A stretch of DNA of 64,000 nt, taken from contig CM022672.1 in the NCBI GenBank assembly GCA_012295275.1, forward strand, positions 4,216,001 through 4,280,000. Direction: 5' to 3'. Origin of the DNA: Chrysomallon squamiferum. Its lineage: Eukaryota; Animalia; Mollusca. Both the position numbers and the translations under genes were made by a program. The notes under the pieces are model-generated. The model worked only from the letters and a program-made list of their open reading frames with translations. It was not told where the DNA came from and made no database searches. This document shows positions 28,404-41,107 of the stretch, piece after piece (positions within the stretch are counted from its first letter, which is position 1; each line of letters opens with the position of its first letter).

Positions 28404-29775
28404 ACAAAAGACTTGATGATAGTACACTAATTGCTATATTTCCATATGTATTGATTTTATTTCACGATGTCCTGAAGTGAAATGATCGCATTGAACGATG
28501 TGGTGACAGAGAGCATAATGAGGGAGTTTGTAACTGAAACAAAATCTAAAATTAGAATTTCATTACAATGGTTGTGAAGCTGGACAGAAGTAACCTTGTG
28601 TTAACTGGATTTAAATAACTTTCAATTAAGGTCTTCTTCCTTTTCCTTTCCTGTGTTTCCGAAGGATGAAGATATTGTTAAGCCTGATACACCTACACAA
28701 TAATATACCATACAAGCATTTTAACAAAAACACACACACACACATAATTACATATATACATAGAGATACCTTAATATATATGCATACTTCTATACACATA
28801 GAATAGACACACATATATAAAGATACTAGAACACCTAAACAGAGACATATAAATAAACAAATAATGACGAGTATAAACATAGCTGTGAACATCCTCACAC
28901 ATATTAATATACACACACACACACACATACATATATACACACACACACACACATACATACACAGAGATACATACATACATATACACACACACACTCAAAC
29001 TCATTCTATGTTACACCCTACGATCATGATCATAAAACCTACAAACCAGAACAATTCACCGAGTCTTATCACAATCCCCAAAAATCACCCTCACGTACTT
29101 CTAATTAAAAAAATATATATTAAAAAAATCTGACTGCCCTGAATACTTCCCAGTGATCCTCCCATGTAACTACATTTCATAAAAAAAAAAAAAAAAAACC
29201 AACTTTAACATGATCCCCTGTACCAGTATCTAATCATCTCTACACCCTGACCATTACAAATGGACACAAGTTGAGTGCGGTTATAATTCCCATACATCAG
29301 TCAAGCAAATGGTCTCAGACCACAGTTTTAATCAGGAATCACAGGAGGAGATCGTACGGCTTGGAGCTGTTTTGCTAACAATCATGGTGATGAATGTTTT
29401 CATAAAACAACTATCTAGATTGATGTGTTTTCCTTAATAAAGAAGTACTTCTGCGTTATCTCTGGTTAAAAAATAAATGTTGAACTAAGACAGGCTTCTG
29501 TTCTCTGTGTGTTGCTTGTGGTATTCACAATGTTGTATTATACATGTACATAATATATATATATGAATACAGACAGATTAGCATGCAGATAGATTTACAC
29601 AGAAATAAACACATGTCAGGAGTATGTAAAGCTGTGTGTACATTACAATAAATACGTTTTGTGTATTCCAAGCACATATAAACACACATTCACACACATG
29701 TCAAATACATCAACTGCATAATTAGACATCAACCTTGAAACATTTAATACATTTATAAGTATACAGACACATCTC

Positions 29776-29816
<41 letters not shown>

Positions 29817-31251
29817 ACATATATATATATAAATATATACACACTGTCAAATATACACTGACACACATATTGAATTACACACCAAGGGACATATACAGAC
29901 CTCAACATAAGGATATATTTTTATATATAATATATATATATATATATACACACATATATACATACACCCATACGCTAACACAGTATATACAAACATTACA
30001 ACTGCACAATCATTCTTTACAATGATTTTTCATTTCAAGGAAACTGGTGATTCTTTAGGAAAGAAGTCAAAATATTTCCTGTATCAGTAGCTTTAAGAAT
30101 CACTTACTGACACGATGTTCACAAAAGGCTGTGCTTTATAACACATTTGATAAGAACAATATTAAGAACAATATTTTTTATATTTTATTTCTTTTATCAA
30201 ACATGTTGAAGTTTCTTAGCAATGTAAAAATCTTAGTGACAACACAATGTCAATTTAGCACAGTGTTTTATACACTCTGAACTGTCAGTGACATAAAGAA
30301 AAAGAAAAAAGAAAAAAAAAAAGTTTCATATCCTGATATAATTGTGCAGGTGTGTGGGTGAATCTTGAAATAAGGAATTAAGTGGGGCTTTGTTGACTCC
30401 ACCCACCACAAATAATAAAAGTTTAATTTAAATTATAAATTTAGAAAAACAAGTTTTCAATGTCAGTTTGCATAGAGAGAATTCCTTGGAAAATTTTGTT
30501 TATAAAAAGTTCTAAAATAACAACAACAAAAACCATATTGAAATTAAAAAATCTGTGCTAAATGTCAGTGTCAAATACATTCGGGGTGCAGGAAGATAAA
30601 ACACACAGTAAACCAAGATTAGTCTCTTTTCTGGGTGACAGCCTCTTAATCTACATATTTCTCTGACTAACTCTGTCACCATGACACCAGTGAATTTTGA
30701 GAAACATCCTTGGCCCATGTTTTAGCACACAAGGCAATCATTGCATGACCCTTGTTCTAATACACTGTAATAACCCCTTCAAACCAATCATCCAATGAGA
30801 AGCTTCGAATTATTCACATGCCATCACTGCTGACCAATCAGATTATGTAAGAGATTAATAACTGTCAATGATGGTGATTGGGTGCCAGCAGGTGTGGTTT
30901 ACAGGAAACAACAACTTGACTCAGTTTGTTTAGGCAGCCAGGGTCAGAAACCCTAGATAAAACATGTAAACACTCAGTGAGAAGGCTTTTATTGATATTA
31001 AAAAAAAATCTGGGTCTCTGCTATCTGGGCAAAGTGACATTAACAGAGGCGATCTGATTCCCTTTTAATATTATTCTTTTTCCCTTCTCATTTATTCTTA
31101 AAGGGCCCATATAAGTGACAAATAAGAAAAGAAAAAAAAGAAGAAGAAAAAAAGAAAACGAGATCTAAAAATGACAAACGCTGTTTGCTGTTGTCATGGG
31201 TTTTTTTTTTAACTTCTTTGTAACTTTTTTTGCTTCCTTTTTATTACAGTC

Positions 31252-31282
<31 letters not shown>

Positions 31283-31838
31283 TAATATAATAAAAAAAAA
31301 AATGTAAATGTATTTAAAATGCACTTTGTATGTATGAGAAAAAAGTTTCAATAAATTACACACTGTGAAGCAGTGGGTTCAGCTTTCAGTATTAATGGTT
31401 CATGTTGTTAGAGGGCAAAGAGGACATAAATAAAGATAGAATATCCTCTATCTGTTGCTATGGTAATGCTTTTAATTACAAATGTCTTTCGGCGAGCTTG
31501 ACCATCGTGAACAATAACACAACATTAGCAGAAAATCTAGCGGTGAACTTAAATCAGTTTTAAACACATTAAAAGATAAAAAGCATCTAGATATATTTTT
31601 ATATAAAACATACATACATACATGTTTGCAAGGAATTTTTTGTTATTGCATCATAGCACAGATGGGAATGCATAAAATACTGCCAGTGAATTCAGTTGTA
31701 ATAAACATTATTTTAAACTGATTTCCACTAAAAATTAAAAACAATAAAATACAACAAAACAACAACAATAGTAATAAAACCAAATGGTTTGTTGTTATTT
31801 GTTTTTGAAATAATTCTGTCAGTTCTGAAAACTCTCAC

Positions 31839-31912
31839 CTGCTAATGTGTAGTCCATGTCAAAACCATAAAACTTTACATTTTCTAACATCAGACTACGA
31901 TTGACAAACACT
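31839..31912 (-). CDS. NT5C2: NT5C2 coding exon with HAD motif I (DMDYT)
   Basis: ctttctttttcag|...|gtgaga, 74 nt. Encodes (R)[24 protein letters not shown](V), versus human c[28 protein letters not shown]. Confidence 0.97.
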
Positions 31913-32249
31913 CTGAAAAAGAAAGAAAATAAAAGTAAAAGAAATTAAAAACACATCTGATTTTTTTAATAGGTTCATTCTAACACTGGCAATGTCTAGT
32001 GGTACAGGGTGATGATCTTAACTCGTATTATTTATTCTTTATTTGATTTACAAATATTAGATCTTGTGAGTTATTACTTGGACATTGGTAAGATGTTAAT
32101 CCAGTTGTAATGGACAAGAAATGATTGACATCATTGTTATAATTATGTCTGATGAGAGCAAATTATAAAAATCTCTTGTTCGATAATGAAATCCATTGTT
32201 CATTACACCAGTAGTAGCAATTATGTAAATAACTTTAACTGAAAAAAAA

Positions 32250-32282
<33 letters not shown>

Positions 32283-35172
32283 GTAAATAAATAATAAAAA
32301 ATATGATTAAAATACAACAAATGTTTAAAGATTTTTTTTCTTGTTTTTAGTTTTTTAGTTTTTTTTTCAACACTGAATTTAAAGAATATTAAGGTAAATA
32401 AAGATTATGAATGTTGGAAGAAACAAAAATAATTGCCATGCAAATCTAAAAATCCTGCTGCAATCTCAACAGCAGTAATGTAGTTGAGTCTGACTGAAAA
32501 GGTTGCTGTAGACTAACATACAAACAAAAAGATTTTTATTTAAAACACCTAAAAACAATTCAAACCAGAGGTCAACAAAATGGATTCAAATGAGTTTTAA
32601 ACTTTCATAATTAAAAACTGAAACTAGAACGTTAAGGATTTTGATAAAACAGAGGTGCAGTCATAGCAGAACAGTATAATTCTGAATATAAATTGAGTTT
32701 CATTATACAGAAATAAACACTGATCAATAAATAAAGGAGCTGTATGCTGAACACACTTAGCCTCAGATTAGTGCATGTGAAACCAGAATCTGAGACAACA
32801 AATAAACAGATTAAAGAATATAAATACACACATCATGTATGCATAAAAACATATCACAAAATGCATGCATGTGTACACACACACACACACTTAGACACAT
32901 GCATGCACATGAGCACACACACACACACACACACATGCACACCAAACATCACACACCACATTCATGCACACACAAAAACATACTCACAAAAAAAAAAAAA
33001 TTAAGTGTTTAACCTAAACAAATTAAAAAAAAAATTAAGTAAATCATTTGCTCCCTTTTATTTTTATGTTGCCAAAGATCAAATTACTTCTGAAAAAGGA
33101 GGTCAGTATTTAACAGACATTTACTGTGATTTTGGGGAATTTTTTTAATTTTTATATACCAGGTAATTAATCTTATTATCAAGAACAGCTTTTTTCTTCT
33201 TCTCACTTTCTTCTGTTATTTATTTCACATTTATCAGGACCATTGTTTTACTAAAGTTGCCGCATATTTGTTTTATTGATTGTTAAACAGTTTATCTTTT
33301 TTCTCTAATCATCTATGAATTCACTCAGTTTCTGTTTTAAGTCCTTATCCCAAACAAAAACAAAATACAAAAATAAAATGAATCAATACTTCCGTCTGAA
33401 AACCAGCCTTTTATTAAACATTGATTTCACATCTTCAAATAAAACATCAGATTATCATAGTTCATTTATAATTGGTCTTCAAGTGAGTTTGGATGTCTGC
33501 ACATACAATTTTGTACATAAATAGAATATTAATAATTTAACTTCAGAAATGAAACTGGGTTGGAGTGGAGTCTTTCAGTCTAAATCAGCTAAAGAAGACA
33601 CAGAACATCACTCAAATGTCAATCTTTACATTAGCTGACATACTTACATGCTGTAGAATCTTAACTGACATTAAGCAGACAAATATGAAGCCCAGTTACA
33701 GTTAAACTGCAGAACCTTAAGCCCAATGACCACTCAGATGTCTGACATGTTATGAAATATCTCGTCAAAAATTAAGATCAGTTATATATATTCTAGAAAC
33801 ATATATCCTTTGACATCAATAACCTATCAACATGTATCTTGTGAGAGAACTTTTGATGTACAACATCCAGTGACACATTTTGCAAGACAACAGACCTGAC
33901 ATATATCTTCTGAAACCTTCTGAAAAATGACATATATTCTGATACACCTTAACACACATCCTGAGTGTCTTCTCACCTGCGACATATAAATCCTTCCAAT
34001 GCTTGAGATACATCCTATGACACCTTCTGTGACATATCTTCTTTGAAACATTGTGATCTCTGGCATATATCCAGTTGGTTTAACTTGTGACATATATCCT
34101 TTTAAACCTTCAATGCTGCAACATGTATCCTTTGTATCCTTTGAACCTTCTGAGCTGTAACATCCTTTGACACAGCTAGTGAAACATTCTGGTATCTGAC
34201 ATTTAGTTTTAACGACTTAATTCCAGTGATTATACATATATATCATGACGCCTTGAGTACCATGATACATATTCTGTGATACTTAAAATCTAAAATCCAT
34301 ACTTATAGAACTTCACACTAAATAACATATATAATATAACACTTATATTCTTTGACAACGAAGGCAAACTGACTGACATGCTAAAACCAGTTGGACACAT
34401 TAAGCCTACTGACCTAAACTTAGACATACTTACATCTAGTATAGCAGTATGTCAAACCTCCTGACATGTATGTATTATACATTGTGCAAGGTATTAAACT
34501 AAATGACATTTTATTTGTGGCAAATCTCCTGTAACTAAAACACATAACATATACTGTGATTAAAACAATGAATACAGAGAAAACTGGTCTCTTTTTATTA
34601 ACAAACCTTTTTATTTATATCCTAATACCATTACTTTTATATATCCTAATATCATTACTACTGAATACTTAATATTATATCCTACAAATATGACCTCTGA
34701 ATATATCCTATAAGTCTCGACTTTTGCTTAGATTTTATTGAGTCTAAAGGTGTGTTTTTTTTTTTTTTTTTTTTTTCTGTTTAATTTCTACTGAAAAAAA
34801 AAAAAATGGATACACATCGTTCTTTTGTTTCTGTGGAAATGATTCCATCACTGAACAGTGTTACTGAAGAATGTCTGTGGTCTGCTAACACAATTTTTCT
34901 CTCACTTGTATTTCCACACAAGACGGATGGACTATGGAAACTGTTTGACAGCTCTAAGTGGTCATCAAACGCTAGTGAACATGTTATGTGAAGAAAAGTG
35001 AATTACCCTAGATGTAAAGTTACAGAGGTTTTTCCACTGTGAAGTACTGGTGATTTAGCTGTCTATCGTCACTAATATCAGAAAAATAAGGAAGAAAATC
35101 CCTGAGATTTTTTGAATGATCTTATTTAAAAGGATGAAGATCAAGAAACACACACACAATATGCATACAATT

Positions 35173-35206
<34 letters not shown>

Positions 35207-35462
35207 TGCATACACACTCAGACACACACAAATATGCTTACACATACAAACATATACCCACACACATAGATGTACATACATACATACACATACATCCCCA
35301 CATATATTACACACATTACATACATTCACATATTCATTCATTTACTCACACAAATACACATACACACACGAAGAATTTATTAAATAAAAAAATAAAATTA
35401 AATTAACATAAAATAAAATTTTGGAAAACGAACGTAAGCAAAACAGAAAAAAAGATTTTTAC

Positions 35463-35554
35463 CTGCGAGAAGGTTCTCTCTTGTACATTTTTGTTCCTGT
35501 AGGCGACTGCAGCACATCTTTAGAGTCACTTCCATTACTCGCAGTCACAGACAT
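35463..35554 (-). CDS. NT5C2: Cytosolic purine 5'-nucleotidase (cN-II), first coding exon (whole exon 35463-35571 including 17 nt of 5'UTR)
   Basis: Acceptor ttatttcag| at 35572. ATG at 35554, preceded by an in-frame TGA. Encodes MSVTASNGSDSKDVLQSPTGTKMYKREPSR, which aligns to KKYRREAYHR of cN-II. Donor CAG|gtaaaa in phase 2 joins the next exon in frame. Confidence 0.88.
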
Positions 35555-35869
35555 GTCTGTCTGCTGTCAACCTGAAATAACAGCGACATCGTTAGTTACA
35601 GCATCAGATATTAAAAGGTAAATGACCAGGTGATATTTCACATACTGAATGATCAAGCTAAATACACTAGATGTAGTGCCATTGGTTGTTGTAAATATCC
35701 TTTTCTTTTGTTATTTGTAATAACACTTTAACTTCCTTATTTAACAACAGAAAAAGATATACACAAAATTGTTTACACACACACACACACACACACATAC
35801 ACTTACATAGAGAACTGTAGTCATATATGTACATGCTGAATGCACTGTCACTGGTCAGTAATGTGGTGG

Positions 35870-35877
35870 TGTGAGTG

Positions 35878-35915
<38 letters not shown>

Positions 35916-36165
35916 TTTGTGAGTGTATGTGTGTCTATGTGAGTGCATGTGTGTCTATGTGTGTGTATGTGTCTGTATGTGTGAGTGCATGTGTGTCTGT
36001 ATGTGTGAGTGCATGTGTGTCTATGTGTGTGTATGTGTGTGTCTGTATGTGTGAGTGCATGTGTGTCTGTATGTGTGAGTGCATGTGTGTCTGTGTGTGT
36101 GTGTGAGTGCATGTGTGTGTGTGTGTGTCTCTGTGTGTGTGTGTGTGTGTGTGTATGCACACACA
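35870..36165. repeat. (GT)n compound micro/minisatellite (GTGTGAGTGCATGTGTGTCTGTAT)
   Basis: Seen directly. Confidence 0.95.
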
Positions 36166-38322
36166 TGCAGGTGTCTGAAGTGACAAATATTACAAACTAT
36201 TACAGTATACATTTTATAACATCTGATCATCGAGAAATAAAGTACACACAGATAGAGCATTACTGTATATATATCTAATTAACCCATTACATACCAAGAT
36301 ATTTTAATTTCATATATGCACACACTAAAACAAAACAAATGCTTACACACACATACACAGAAGCACAAAATATTTAAAAAAAAGAAGTTAAAAATTAAAA
36401 AGCCCCAAAACAAACACAGAATGACAACAAAATATACACATCAAACATAATATTTAAATAAAAATAAACTTTCTGTTAATAATAACTAAAAAATAAAGAA
36501 AAAGAATCGTGTTGTCAGTTCAAATGCTAAACTACAAGAGATCAGTTATAAATACAAACAGTATCAGTTTTAAAGTGAGTACACTTGAACCTGTGTTTGT
36601 TGTTTTTGTCATGCAAGGTGGCACAACCTGATTTCGTTTTGTGGGTTGCCTGACAGGTTTCTGATTTAAAGAAAACAAACAAAGACAGGCTGGCAAGTGT
36701 AGAAACATTAACTCAAAAGAGAGAAAATGAAACCAAACTTAAGCTTCTGTTGCCGGAGACAGAACACTTATTTAAAATGGAAAATGTTCTTGTCGGCCAT
36801 TGATTGTCAGGTGATTAAGTAACCAGTGATGATGAATTGTTTAAAATATATCATGTTAAGAAAGGAAATTTTTAAAAAGTTTTCTGTGTCTTTAAATAGA
36901 ATTTTATGTCTTCTAACCAGACTTAAGTCATTTTAAGAAATGAAAAATTGTTTCCTTTTTAAAAACTGGTTAACAATAATAAAAATAAGTCTTTTAAAAC
37001 TCCATCCTTTTAAGAGATTAAAAATTTTCTTTTTTTAAAATTAAGAAACTATTTTTTTTCTCAGTATCTTCTGTTATCAATAAATTATTTTAGAAGATGG
37101 AAATGTGATTTAGAAAATGAAGAAAATAATGGTAATGATAATAAAAACAAACATGTGCCTAAGAAAATTCATAATTTCCCTGTATGTTTAATACCACAGT
37201 CAATAAAATAATAAATTAGCAAAACACATCAACAACACATTTCATAACACTTAACAAAAATAAAATAAAAATATTTACCAAAATAAAACTGCTTACTTCA
37301 TCACAGTCAATAAATTTAATGTTTGACAAAATATACCTCGCCTCACATTTCACATACAATTATAATAAAAACATTTACCTATGTGTCTGAATGATCTCAC
37401 AAAACACTTTTTTTTTAAAAATTATTAGTATTGTTATTATTATCTCTGCTCTGATGGTTTTACATGTTTCCGACGCAACTGAAAAGTTCCAGTGTATTTT
37501 CCAAATCTGCCCATCTGCTGTGCATTACAAAATCAATACCACAGTAACACAATCATGACATCGTTGACAATGTCTCACATCCTCAACTAATTATTACTTC
37601 GATGAAAACAAAAAGCTGGCAGGTGAAGTCTTTGTTAAAAAAGGAACCAACCTATAAGAGAAGGCCAACCTTGAAAAACTCAAGACCAATCATTGTTAAT
37701 TAAAAGGTTATAACACCTTTGTGAATCAATCAGTAAGCTTGAAAAGATACAGTTGAAAACATCTATTGGAATGACGATGAGAGATTATGTTATTTCTACA
37801 ACTCAGTATTAAAGCTACAGTTGATGGGGCTTTTTAATGACAAAAAAAAAAAAAAAAAACATTTTGATGTAAATTCTACAAATTCAGTCAAAAATTGAAG
37901 CTCTTTTAATGTTATGGTTATTGATTATAGTTGTAGTTGTAGATTGTTTTTGTTTTTATTTAGCATTAGGCATCACTAATGCAAATATTACAAACTGAGT
38001 TAAATATAGATGGATTTTTTTCTTAATTTGTTTAAATTTTTTTTTTTTTTTCATATATTTATTGATTTTTATTTTTATTTTTTTATTTCATATATTTATT
38101 GATTTTTTTTTTTTTTTTTTTTAATGATACCTGAATATATTAATGCAAATTCTAAATATTAATTTTTAAGCAGAAATTTTTTTTTTTTTTTTTTTTTCCT
38201 TTTTCTATTGAATATATCTGTCTATCTAATATATATACATATATATCTGTATCTCTATATGTGTGTGTGTGTGTGTGTGTGTGTTTGTGTATATAATGTG
38301 TTTGTGTATGGTGTATATATAA

Positions 38323-38362
<40 letters not shown>

Positions 38363-38785
38363 GTGTGTGTGTGTGTAAAACCGAATCAGGATTAATTTTT
38401 ATCAATGGGTCCATTTTTATTCAAATAAAATATATTTATGTTTTGTTTCAGAAACAGTTGTATGTGTTTTCTTTACTCTGGTGGAGATATATAATATACA
38501 AGATATCTCACAGCTTATCATCAAGCCCAAAATACAGTTATAGTTTCCTTGTATGGTAGCAGTAAGGTCATTAAAACATGCAACAGAAATGTTAAATAAA
38601 ATTAATTAATGTAATTTCAGCAATAAATAAATAAGTATAATAATAACAATAGAAATGATTGTAATAATTATAATGTCAACACCAATAATAAAAAAAATTA
38701 AACAAATATAAAATTGTATGTAAATATATCTATATCTATCCATTTTATATATATACATATTACACTCACACACTTGTACTATTCC

Positions 38786-38890
38786 GTATTCAGAATAACA
38801 AATGATTAATTCATAACAGTAGTTAATATTAAAAATGTGAAAAAACATATATTATTTCTTTACAAACACCTACATTTCAAATATACAAAG
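38786..38890 (+). repeat. Dispersed ~110-bp repeat, copy 2
   Basis: Direct alignment by eye to 27744-27860, same orientation. Confidence 0.85.
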
Positions 38891-39459
38891 ACACACACAC
38901 ACATACAGCTGCATACAGTATAAACATTTATATAACACACACACACACACAGAAACACATTAAATACATATATATATAAATATGCGTGTTTGTGTGTGTG
39001 TGTATTCATGTATGTTTGACATTAGCTTTTTCAAATCAAAGACAATAAAACCAGTAAATACAGAAAGTATGAACAGAATTAGTCAGGAAATAATTACAAA
39101 ACACAAATGTAAAATTTATCATTTGATAAAATAATATTATTTTTTAACTGCTTAGACAGAACAGTCCTATATTAATAAAGTGGGGAAAAAAGTCAATAAA
39201 TTTTAAAATTTAAAATAAATAAATGTCACTATATTAAAATTTATCTTTCAAATGTAAACACAGAGACAAGAATACACAAATACATGTATTTATAATAATG
39301 CATAAACATTATATATATATATATATACACACACACGTGTGTGTGTGTATGTATGTGTATGTATACAGGTAGTATGTATGTATGTATGCACACACATTTA
39401 ATAGTCATGTGTATATGTATGTATGTATGCACACACATTTAATAGTCATGTTTATATGT

Positions 39460-39690
39460 ATGGCTGGAGGCTGCTATATTTAATATCCATGTTTTGCTGC
39501 AATGCTTCAGTTGCTATGTTTAATATTCATTGTTAACTGTATGGCGTGTGGCTGTTACACTTGAAACTCGTTTTTAACAGTAGAGCTTGGGGTTGCTGTA
39601 TTTAATATTCATGTTTAACAGTAAAGCTGGAGGCCATTACATTTAATACTTATGCTTAAGAGTGCAGTTTGGGGCTGTCACAATTAAAAC
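39460..39690. repeat. Degenerate ~42-bp tandem repeat
   Basis: Recurrent GCTGGAGGCTGCTATATTTAATAT.CATG-like unit. Confidence 0.6.
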
Positions 39691-39955
39691 CCTGACCCTT
39701 CTTTGCTGCTACTCGATTAACATACTTAAGCAGACGATTTGTTGAATCTACTCTTCCATTCATCATTTAGCACTGGTTCCTGCTGGAGCGACATTATCAA
39801 GGGTCACAAATAACAACACAGAAATACTACTTAGGTCCTGCGATGTAGATTTGAGTATGTAAATTATTTCACGCTATTCGTAACAATGGCAAATTAAATT
39901 AGTACGAATCTGATAACAAACAGTGCAGTATCAATTACTAAATCTGACCGGTTAC

Positions 39956-40090
39956 CTGGCTAACAAACTTAGGGGCTGTGCCTTCCTCACAAGGGATGTC
40001 TTGTCATCGATCGGAGAAAATCGCCGAAGTTCGTTCAGACACTTTTTTTTTTTCCGGTTCCGTGATCGTTACAGACAGTATACTGCGCGA
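39956..40090 (-). other. NT5C2: Probable non-coding first exon (5'UTR) of NT5C2; 5' end approximate
   Basis: Donor CAG|gtaacc at 39955 inside the first CpG-rich patch upstream of the CpG-depleted gene body. The exon at 35571 starts with an acceptor, so an upstream exon is required. Confidence 0.65.
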
Positions 40091-40363
40091 CAGTCAAAAC
40101 ACAGCCCAGAATTTCTGGTGACTTTTTAACAAAACGTTGCATTTTAAAAGTGTATTACTTCATTTATGAAAACAAAAACGAAATAATAATAATAATAAAA
40201 TAATAATAATAATAATAGGAACAGACGTTAAATTAAGGTCGTGATATAAATTTAAATTTAGATTTATTACTATTAGCAAAATGTAATACATTTTCCTTTG
40301 ATTAGTGATATTTGGCTCTGGGAATATAGGTTATATATATATATAGTGTGTGTGTGTGTGTGT

Positions 40364-40451
<88 letters not shown>

Positions 40452-40640
40452 GGTTTGTTTTAATTTAAATGATTAATATACATTTTCGTGGATCCGTGTG
40501 GTTATGTATATGTTTATCCAATGCACGTTACGCTTATGTACATACTGCATAATACGCCTAATCAAAGCCTACTGCTGCTTTATATACAAAAAGTTTTTCA
40601 AATAACAACAATAGTATTATTTTTCCTATCGATAATTTCT
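40020..40640 (-). promoter_or_regulatory. Putative NT5C2 promoter region
   Basis: CpG-rich. Tandem ETS-like CGGAACCGGAAA on the minus strand at ~40051-40062. DRE-type palindrome TATCGATA at 40627-40634. Lies at the CpG depletion boundary. Confidence 0.5.
40367..40447. repeat. (CT)n microsatellite
   Basis: Seen directly. Further (CT)n at 45407-45479, 49651-49733 and ~53905-53978. Confidence 0.97.
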
Positions 40641-40788
40641 ACGTTTGTTACTTATGACGATCTTTTTCATTTTAATTATATTTATCTTCCGAACTGTTAG
40701 AGAAAAAACAAACTGATAATATATATTTTTTAATATATGTCGTTCTTTTCTTGTTGTTATGCTTTTTAAATCTTGAGCTTCCAATCAG

Positions 40789-40824
<36 letters not shown>

Positions 40825-41076
40825 TAACAATGCCGATATTGTTCAGTAGATATCAAAACCTATTTATAATCCTTCATTTACACAAGCTTGCATATAAAAG
40901 GCGTATCTAGAACTTTAACAAGGGAGTTTACAGAATCTGTGCATATTTATAAACTGGTATAATAAACTTTTAAAGGTGTGAATAATTATGTGTATGGGAG
41001 AGAGAGGAAGAGAGACAGACAAACAGAGCAAGAGACAGACAGACAGAAAGTCTGCAGTGGGATTTTTAATTTTAAT

Positions 41077-41107
<31 letters not shown>

